DNA of 64,000 bases from Yuukianura sp. NJ FZ-2021 (lineage: Eukaryota): positions 1-64,000 of the forward strand of contig JAJCTO010000010.1 of assembly GCA_046563655.1 (NCBI GenBank). Direction: 5' to 3'. Numbering within the stretch: the first letter of the stretch is position 1; each line of letters begins with the position of its first letter. Shown piece after piece: positions 53,701 through 64,000 of this stretch. Below the pieces are notes generated by a model. That model had not been told where the DNA came from and did no database searches. It saw nothing but the letters and a program-made list of their open reading frames with translations. The position numbers and the translations under genes are program-made.

Positions 53701-56700
53701 TCAGGCAGGCGAGAGCCCCATGATACATAAGTTTTTGGGTTCACAACTGCGATTAAAAAAACACGAGTTCTAGTTTGTGTTGGAAATTTGCCATATTTCA
53801 CTGATTACATAGCATGACGTTGCTTCTTACATAAGACTGAAACAGCGGAAAAATCGACGCATTGATTCACTTTGAAGTACCACAAATGCTTTTAAAGACC
53901 TGTCAAACACACAACACCAAACGGTTTCAGGGATAACGTTTGAATGCTGCAATGTGGCACTTACAATATATCGCAATTCAAGCAGGCGAGAGCCCCATGA
54001 TACATAAGTTTTTGGGTTCACAACTGCGATTAAAAAAACACGAGTTCTAGTTTGTATTGGAAATTTGCCATATTTCACTGATTACATAGCATGACGTTGC
54101 TTCTTACATAAGACTGTAACTGCCGGAAAATCGACGCATTGATTCGCTTTCGAAGTACCACAAATGCTTTTAAAGACCTGTCAAATACACAACACCAAAC
54201 GGTTTCAGGGATAACGTTTGAATGCTGCAATGTGGCACTTACAATATATCGCAATTCAAGCAGGCGAGAGCCCCATGATACATAAGTTTTTGGGTTCACA
54301 ACTGCGATTAAAAAACACGAGTTCTAGTTTGTGTTGGAAATTTGCCATATTTCACTGGTTACATAGCATGACGTTGCTTCTTACATAAGACTGTAACTGC
54401 CGGAAAATCGACGCATTGATTCGCTTTCGAAGTACCACAAATGCTTTTAAAGACCTGTCAAACACACAACACAAAACGGTGTCAGGGATAACGTTTTGAA
54501 TGCTGCAATGTGGCACTTACAATATATCGCAATTCAGGCAGGCGAGAGCCCCATGATACATAAGTTTTTGGGTTCACAACTGCGATTAAAAAAACACGAG
54601 TTCTAGTTTGTGTTGGAAATTTGCCATATTTCACTGATTACATAGCATGACGTTGCTTCTTACATAAGACTGTAACTGCCGGAAAATCGACGCATTGATT
54701 CGCTTTCGAAGTACCACAAATGCTTTTAAAGACCTGTCAAACACACAACACCAAACGGTTTCAGGGATAACGTTTTGAATGCTGCAATGTGGCACTTACA
54801 ATATATCGCAATTCAAGCAGGCGAGAGCCCCATGATACATAAGTTTTTGGGTTCACAACTGCGATTAAAAAAACACGAGTTCTAGTTTGTGTTGGAAATT
54901 TGCCATATTTCACTGATTACATAGCATGACGTTGCTTCTTACATAAGACTGTAACTGCCGGAAAATCGACGCATTGATTCGCTTTCGAAGTACCACAAAT
55001 GCTTTTAAAGACCTGTCAAACACACAACACAAAACGGTGTCAGGGATAACGTTTTGAATGCTGCAATGTGGCACTTACAATATATCGCAATTCAGGCAGG
55101 CGAGAGCCCCATGATACATAAGTTTTTGGGTTCACAACTGCGATTAAAAAAACACGAGTTCTAGTTTGTATTGGAAATTTGCCATATTTCACTGATTACA
55201 TGACATGACGTTGCTTCTTACATAAGACTGAAACAGCACGAAAATCGACGCATTGATTCACTTTCGAAGTACCACAAATGCTTTTAAAGACCTGTCAAAC
55301 ACACAACACCAAACGGTGTCAGGGATAACGTTTGAATGCTGCAATGTGGCACTTACAATATATCGCAATTCAAGCAGGCGAGAGCCCCATGATACATAAG
55401 TTTTTGGGTTCACAACTGCGATTAAAAAAACACGAGTTCTAGTTTGTATTGGAAATTTGCCATATTTCACTGATTACATAGCATGACGTTGCTTCTTACA
55501 TAAGACTGTAACTGCCGGAAAATCGACGCATTGATTCGCTTTCGAAGTACCACAAATGCTTTTAAAGACCTGTCAAACACACAACACAAAACGGTGTCAG
55601 GGATAACGTTTTGAATGCTGCAATGTGGCACTTACAATATATCGCAATTCAGGCAGGCGAGAGCCCCATGATACATAAGTTTTTGGGTTCACAACTGCGA
55701 TTAAAAAAACACAAGTTCTAGTTTGTGTTGGAAATTTGCCATATTTCACTGATTACATAGCATGGCGTTGCTTCTTACATAAGACTGTAACTGCCGGAAA
55801 ATCGACGCATTGATTCGCTTTCGAAGTACCACAAATGCTTTTAAAGACCTGTCAAACACACAACACAAAACGGTGTCAGGGATAACGTTTTGAATGCTGC
55901 AATGTGGCACTTACAATATATCGCAATTCAGGCAGGCGAGAGCCCCATGATACATAAGTTTTTGGGTTCACAACTGCGATTAAAAAACACAAGTTCTAGT
56001 TTGTGTTGGAAATTTGAAATATTTCACGGATTACATGGCATGACGTTGCTTCTTACATAAGACTGAAACAGCGGAAAAATCGACGCATTGATTCACTTTG
56101 AAGTACCACAAATGCTTTTAAAGACCTGTCAAATACACAACACCAAACGGTTTCAGGGATAACGTTTGAATGCTGCAATGTGGCACTTACAATATATCGC
56201 AATTCAGGCAGGCGAGAGCCCCATGATACATAAGTTTTTGGGTTCACAACTGCGATTAAAAAACACGAGTTCTAGTTTGTGTTGGAAATTTGCCATATTT
56301 CACTGATTACATAGCATGGCGTTGCTTCTTACATAAGACTGTAACTGCCGGAAAATCGACGCATTGATTCGCTTTCGAAGTACCACAAATGCTTTTAAAG
56401 ACCTGTCAAACACACAACACCAAACGGTTTCAGGGATAACGTTTTGAATGCTGCAATGTGGCACTTACAATACATCGCAATTCAGGCAGGCGAGAGCCCC
56501 ATGATACATAAGTTTTTGGGTTCACAACTGCGATTAAAAAAACACGAGTTCTAGTTTGTGTTGGAAATTTGCCATATTTCACTGATTACATAGCATGACG
56601 TTGCTTCTTACATAAGACTGTAACTGCCGGAAAATCGACGCATTGATTCGCTTTCGAAGTACCACAAATGCTTTTAAAGACCTGTCAAACACACAACACA

Positions 56701-59700
56701 AAACGGTGTCAGGGATAACGTTTTGAATGCTGCAATGTGGCACTTACAATATATCGCAATTCAGGCAGGCGAGAGCCCCATGATACATAAGTTTTTGGGT
56801 TCACAACTGCGATTAAAAAAACACGAGTTCTAGTTTGTGTTGGAAATTTGCCATATTTCACTGATTACATAGCATGACGTTGCTTCTTACATAAGACTGT
56901 AACTGCCGGAAAATCGACGCATTGATTCGCTTTCGAAGTACCACAAATGCTTTTAAAGACCTGTCAAACACACAACACAAAACGGTGTCAGGGATAACGT
57001 TTTGAATGCTGCAATGTGGCACTTACAATATATCGCAATTCAGGCAGGCGAGAGCCCCATGATACATAAGTTTTTGGGTTCACAACTGCGATTAAAAAAA
57101 CACAAGTTCTAGTTTGTGTTGGAAATTTGCCATATTTCACTGATTACATAGCATGGCGTTGCTTCTTACATAAGACTGAAACAGCACGAAAATCGACGCA
57201 TTGATTCGCTTTCGAAGTACCACAAATGCTTTTAAAGACCTGTCAAACACACAACACCAAACGGTTTCAGGGATAACGTTTGAATGCTGCAATGTGGCAC
57301 TTACAATATATCGCAATTCAGGCAGGCGAGAGCCCCATGATACATAAGTTTTTGGGTTCACAACTGCGATTAAAAAACACGAGTTCTAGTTTGTGTTGGA
57401 AATTTGCCATATTTCACTGATTACATAGCATGACGTTGCTTCTTACATAAGACTGTAACTGCCGGAAAATCGACGCATTGATTCGCTTTCGAAGTACCAC
57501 AAATGCTTTTAAAGACCTGTCAAACACACAACACCAAAACGGTTTCAGGGATAACGTTTTGAATGCTGCAATGTGGCACTTACAATATATCGCAATTCAG
57601 GCAGGCGAGAGCCCCATGATACATAAGTTTTTGGGTTCACAACTGCGATTAAAAAAACACGAGTTCTAGTTTGTGTTGGAAATTTGCCATATTTCACTGA
57701 TTACATAGCATGACGTTGCTTCTTACATAAGACTGTAACTGCCGGAAAATCGACGCATTGATTCGCTTTCGAAGTACCACAAATGCTTTTAAAGACCTGT
57801 CAAACACACAACACAAAACGGTGTCAGGGATAACGTTTTGAATGCTGCAATGTGGCACTTACAATATATCGCAATTCAGGCAGGCGAGAGCCCCATGATA
57901 CATAAGTTTTTGGGTTCACAACTGCGATTAAAAAAACACGAGTTCTAGTTTGTGTTGGAAATTTGCCATATTTCACTGATTACATAGCATGACGTTGCTT
58001 CTTACATAAGACTGTAACTGCCGGAAAATCGACGCATTGATTCGCTTTCGAAGTACCACAAATGCTTTTAAAGACCTGTCAAACACACAACACCAAACGG
58101 TTTCAGGGATAACGTTTTGAATGCTGCAATGTGGCACTTACAATATATCGCAATTCAGGCAGGCGAGAGCCCCATGATACATAAGTTTTTGGGTTCACAA
58201 CTGCGATTAAAAAAACACGAGTTCTAGTTTGTGTTGGAAATTTGCCATATTTCACTGATTACATAGCATGACGTTGCTTCTTACATAAGACTGTAACTGC
58301 CGGAAAATCGACGCATTGATTCGCTTTCGAAGTACCACAAATGCTTTTAAAGACCTGTCAAACACACAACACAAAACGGTGTCAGGGATAACGTTTTGAA
58401 TGCTGCAATGTGGCACTTACAATATATCGCAATTCAGGCAGGCGAGAGCCCCATGATACATAAGTTTTTGGGTTCACAACTGCGATTAAAAAAACACGAG
58501 TTCTAGTTTGTGTTGGAAATTTGCCATATTTCACTGATTACATAGCATGACGTTGCTTCTTACATAAGACTGTAACTGCCGGAAAATCGACGCATTGATT
58601 CGCTTTCGAAGTACCACAAATGCTTTTAAAGACCTGTCAAACACACAACACCAAACGGTTTCAGGGATAACGTTTTGAATGCTGCAATGTGGCACTTACA
58701 ATATATCGCAATTCAGGCAGGCGAGAGCCCCATGATACATAAGTTTTTGGGTTCACAACTGCGATTAAAAAAACACGAGTTCTAGTTTGTGTTGGAAATT
58801 TGCCATATTTCACTGATTACATAGCATGACGTTGCTTCTTACATAAGACTGTAACTGCCGGAAAATCGACGCATTGATTCGCTTTCGAAGTACCACAAAT
58901 GCTTTTAAAGACCTGTCAAACACACAACACAAAACGGTTTCAGGGATAACGTTTTGAATGCTGCAATGTGGCACTTACAATATATCGCAATTCAGGCAGG
59001 CGAGAGCCCCATGATACATAAGTTTTTGGGTTCACAACTGCGATTAAAAAAACACAAGTTCTAGTTTGTGTTGGAAATTTGCAATATTTCACGGATTACA
59101 TGACATGACGTTGCTTCTTACATAAGACTGAAACAGCACGAAAATCGACGCATTGATTCGCTTTCGAAGTACCACAAATGCTTTTAAAGACCTGTCAAAC
59201 ACACAACACCAAACGGTTTCAGGGATAACGTTTGAATGCTGCAATGTGGCACTTACAATATATCGCAATTCAGGCAGGCGAGAGCCCCATGATACATAAG
59301 TTTTTGGGTTCACAACTGCGATTAAAAAAACACGAGTTCTAGTTTGTGTTGGAAATTTGCCATATTTCACTGATTACATAGCATGACGTTGCTTCTTACA
59401 TAAGACTGTAACTGCCGGAAAATCGACGCATTGATTCGCTTTCGAAGTACCACAAATGCTTTTAAAGACCTGTCAAACACACAACACAAAACGGTGTCAG
59501 GGATAACGTTTTGAATGCTGCAATGTGGCACTTACAATATATCGCAATTCAGGCAGGCGAGAGCCCCATGATACATAAGTTTTTGGGTTCACAACTGCGA
59601 TTAAAAAAACACGAGTTCTAGTTTGTGTTGGAAATTTGCCATATTTCACTGATTACATAGCATGACGTTGCTTCTTACATAAGACTGTAACTGCCGGAAA

Positions 59701-62700
59701 ATCGACGCATTGATTCGCTTTCGAAGTACCACAAATGCTTTTAAAGACCTGTCAAACACACAACACCAAACGGTTTCAGGGATAACGTTTTGAATGCTGC
59801 AATGTGGCACTTACAATACATCGCAATTCAGGCAGGCGAGAGCCCCATGATACATAAGTTTTTGGGTTCACAACTGCGATTAAAAAACACGAGTTCTAGT
59901 TTGTGTTGGAAATTTGCCATATTTCACTGATTACATAGCATGACGTTGCTTCTTACATAAGACTGTAACTGCCGGAAAATCGACGCATTGATTCGCTTTC
60001 GAAGTACCACAAATGCTTTTAAAGACCTGTCAAACACACAACACAAAACGGTGTCAGGGATAACGTTTTGAATGCTGCAATGTGGCACTTACAATATATC
60101 GCAATTCAGGCAGGCGAGAGCCCCATGATACATAAGTTTTTGGGTTCACAACTGCGATTAAAAAAACACGAGTTCTAGTTTGTGTTGGAAATTTGCCATA
60201 TTTCACTGATTACATAGCATGACGTTGCTTCTTACATAAGACTGTAACTGCCGGAAAATCGACGCATTGATTCGCTTTCGAAGTACCACAAATGCTTTTA
60301 AAGACCTGTCAAACACACAACACCAAACGGTTTCAGGGATAACGTTTTGAATGCTGCAATGTGGCACTTACAATACATCGCAATTCAGGCAGGCGAGAGC
60401 CCCATGATACATAAGTTTTTGGGTTCACAACTGCGAGTAAAAAAAGACAAGTTCTAGTTTGTGTTGGAAATTTGCCATATTTCACTGATTACATAGCATG
60501 ACGTTGCTTCTTACATAAGACTGTAACTGCCGGAAAATCGACGCATTGATTCGCTTTCGAAGTACCACAAATGCTTTTAAAGACCTGTCAAACACACAAC
60601 ACAAAACGGTGTCAGGGATAACGTTTTGAATGCTGCAATGTGGCACTTACAATATATCGCAATTCAGGCAGGCGAGAGCCCCATGATACATAAGTTTTTG
60701 GGTTCACAACTGCGATTAAAAAAACACGAGTTCTAGTTTGTGTTGGAAATTTGCCATATTTCACTGATTACATAGCATGACGTTGCTTCTTACATAAGAC
60801 TGTAACTGCCGGAAAATCGACGCATTGATTCGCTTTCGAAGTACCACAAATGCTTTTAAAGACCTGTCAAACACACAACACCAAACGGTTTCAGGGATAA
60901 CGTTTTGAATGCTGCAATGTGGCACTTACAATACATCGCAATTCAGGCAGGCGAGAGCCCCATGATACATAAGTTTTTGGGTTCACAACTGCGATTAAAA
61001 AACCACGAGTTCTAGTTTGTGTTGGAAATTTGCCATATTTCACTGATTACATAGCATGGCGTTGCTTCTTACATAAGACTGTAACTGCCGGAAAATCGAC
61101 GCATTGATTCGCTTTCGAAGTACCACAAATGCTTTTAAAGACCTGTCAAACACACAACACCAAACGGTTTCAGGGATAACGTTTTGAATGCTGCAATGTG
61201 GCACTTACAATATATCGCAATTCAGGCAGGCGAGAGCCCCATGATACATAAGTTTTTGGGTTCACAACTGCGATTAAAAAAACACGAGTTCTAGTTTGTG
61301 TTGGAAATTTGCCATATTTCACTGATTACATAGCATGACGTTGCTTCTTACATAAGACTGTAACTGCCGGAAAATCGACGCATTGATTCGCTTTCGAAGT
61401 ACCACAAATGCTTTTAAAGACCTGTCAAACACACAACACAAAACGGTGTCAGGGATAACGTTTTGAATGCTGCAATGTGGCACTTACAATATATCGCAAT
61501 TCAGGCAGGCGAGAGCCCCATGATACATAAGTTTTTGGGTTCACAACTGCGATTAAAAAACACGAGTTCTAGTTTGTGTTGGAAATTTGCCATATTTCAC
61601 TGATTACATAGCATGACGTTGCTTCTTACATAAGACTGTAACTGCCGGAAAATCGACGCATTGATTCGCTTTCGAAGTACCACAAATGCTTTTAAAGACC
61701 TGTCAAACACACAACACAAAACGGTGTCAGGGATAACGTTTTGAATGCTGCAATGTGGCACTTACAATATATCGCAATTCAGGCAGGCGAGAGCCCCATG
61801 ATACATAAGTTTTTGGGTTCACAACTGCGATTAAAAAAACACGAGTTCTAGTTTGTGTTGGAAATTTGCCATATTTCACTGATTACATAGCATGGCGTTG
61901 CGTCTTACATAAGACTGAAACAGCACGAAAATCGACGCATTGATTCACTTTGAAGTACCACAAATGCTTTTAAAGACCTGTCAAAAACACAACACCAAAC
62001 GGTGTCAGGGATAACGTTTTGAATGCTGCAATGTGGCACTTACAATATATCGCAATTCAGGCAGGCGAGAGCCCCATGATACATAAGTTTTTGGGTTCAC
62101 AACTGCGATTAAAAAAACACGAGTTCTAGTTTGTGTTGGAAATTTGCCATATTTCACTGATTACATAGCATGACGTTGCTTCTTACATAAGACTGTAACT
62201 GCCGGAAAATCGACGCATTGATTCGCTTTCGAAGTACCACAAATGCTTTTAAAGACCTGTCAAACACACAACACAAAACGGTGTCAGGGATAACGTTTTG
62301 AATGCTGCAATGTGGCACTTACAATATATCGCAATTCAGGCAGGCGAGAGCCCCATGATACATAAGTTTTTGGGTTCACAACTGCGATTAAAAAAACACG
62401 AGTTCTAGTTTGTGTTGGAAATTTGCCATATTTCACTGATTACATAGCATGACGTTGCTTCTTACATAAGACTGTAACTGCCGGAAAATCGACGCATTGA
62501 TTCGCTTTCGAAGTACCACAAATGCTTTTAAAGACCTATCACACACACAACACCAAACGGTGTCAGGGATAACGTTTTGAATGCTGCAATGTGGCACTTA
62601 CAATATATCGCAATTCAGGCAGGCGAGAGCCCCATGATACATAAGTTTTTGGGTTCACAACTGCGATTAAAAAAACACGAGTTCTAGTTTGTGTTGGAAA

Positions 62701-64000
62701 TTTGCCATATTTCACTGATTACATAGCATGACGTTGCTTCTTACATAAGACTGTAACTGCACGAAAATCGACGCATTGAGTCACTTTCGAAGTACCACAA
62801 ATGCTTTTAAAGACCTGTCAAACACACAACACCAAACGGTTTCAGGGATAACGTTTGAATGCTGCAATGTGGCACTTACAATATATCGCAATTCAGGCAG
62901 GCGAGAGCCCCATGATACATAAGTTTTTGGGTTCACAACTGCGATTAAAAAACACGAGCTCTAGTTTGTGTTGGAAATTTGAAATATTTCACGGATTACA
63001 TGGCATGACGTTGCTTCTTACATAAGACTGAAACAGCACGAAAATCGACGCATTGATTCACTTTGAAGTACCACAAATGCTTTTAAAGACCTGTCAAACA
63101 CACAACACAAAACGGTTTCAGGGATAACGTTTTGAATGCTGCAATGTGGCACTTACAATATATCGCAATTCAGGCAGGCGAGAGCCCCATGATACATAAG
63201 TTTTTGGGTTCACAACTGCGATTAAAAAAACACGAGTTCTAGTTTGTGTTGGAAATTTGCCATATTTCACTGATTACATAGCATGACGTTGCTTCTTACA
63301 TAAGACTGTAACTGCCGGAAAATCGACGCATTGATTCGCTTTCGAAGTACCACAAATGCTTTTAAAGACCTGTCAAACACACAACACAAAACGGTGTCAG
63401 GGATAACGTTTTGAATGCTGCAATGTGGCACTTACAATATATCGCAATTCAGGCAGGCGAGAGCCCCATGATACATAAGTTTTTGGGTTCACAACTGCGA
63501 TTAAAAAACACGAGTTCTAGTTTGTGTTGGAAATTTGCCATATTTCACTGATTACATAGCATGGCGTTGCTTCTTACATAAGACTGTAACTGCCGGAAAA
63601 TCGACGCATTGATTCGCTTTCGAAGTACCACAAATGCTTTTAAAGACCTGTCAAACACACAACACCAAACGGTTTCAGGGATAACGTTTTGAATGCTGCA
63701 ATGTGGCACTTACAATACATCGCAATTCAGGCAGGCGAGAGCCCCATGATACATAAGTTTTTGGGTTCACAACTGCGATTAAAAAACCACGAGTTCTAGT
63801 TTGTGTTGGAAATTTGCCATATTTCACTGATTACATAGCATGACGTTGCTTCTTACATAAGACTGTAACTGCCGGAAAATCGACGCATTGATTCGCTTTC
63901 GAAGTACCACAAATGCTTTTAAAGACCTGTCAAACACACAACACAAAACGGTGTCAGGGATAACGTTTTGAATGCTGCAATGTGGCACTTACAATATATC

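Larger units (their letters stand above)
28351..64000. repeat. Satellite C: 277-279-bp monomer (~92 copies), interrupted by three transposons
   Basis: The monomer (...gatacataagtttttgggttcacaactgcgattaaaaaaacacgagttctagtttgtgttggaaatttgccatatttcactgattacatagc...) recurs every 277-279 bp and runs off the right window edge. Confidence 0.98.

Noticed and set aside
38167..59370. Repeated minus-strand ORFs (MKYGKFPTQTRTRV...)
   Set aside because: They are a by-product of the SatC monomer, and the frame depends on A/T-run length.
1..64000. CRISPR array or other prokaryotic repeat system
   Set aside because: Units are 220-363-bp near-identical monomers with no unique spacers and no cas genes. All embedded elements are eukaryotic transposon types.

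Overview
This is eukaryotic heterochromatin, probably pericentromeric or subtelomeric, with no intact host gene. Three unrelated tandem satellites abut each other: SatA (220/228-bp monomer, 1-22854), SatB (363-bp monomer, 22855-28315) and SatC (277-279-bp monomer, 28351-64000). SatA and SatC show local higher-order repeats. Six transposon insertions interrupt the arrays, and most have target-site duplications (TSDs) that can be read against the empty monomer. They are: two copies of a non-coding TTAA-flanked element with piggyBac-like asymmetric ends (15710-17247, 19709-21165); a 2.3-kb non-LTR retroelement carrying only an ORF1-type gene, a 3' stem-loop and an (ATTG)n tail (28768-31100, minus strand); a decayed BEL/Pao LTR retrotransposon with both LTRs (31625-38171); a poly(A)-tailed insert nested in its pol gene; and an internally deleted Tc1/mariner-superfamily element (40461-41469). 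The many 60-108 aa ORFs in the satellites are repeat artefacts. The most unusual items are the ORF1-only retroelement, the filled/filled/empty series of the TTAA element, and recurrent ~21-bp fold-back duplications inside the transposons. All family assignments are from motif recognition by eye, not database searches.
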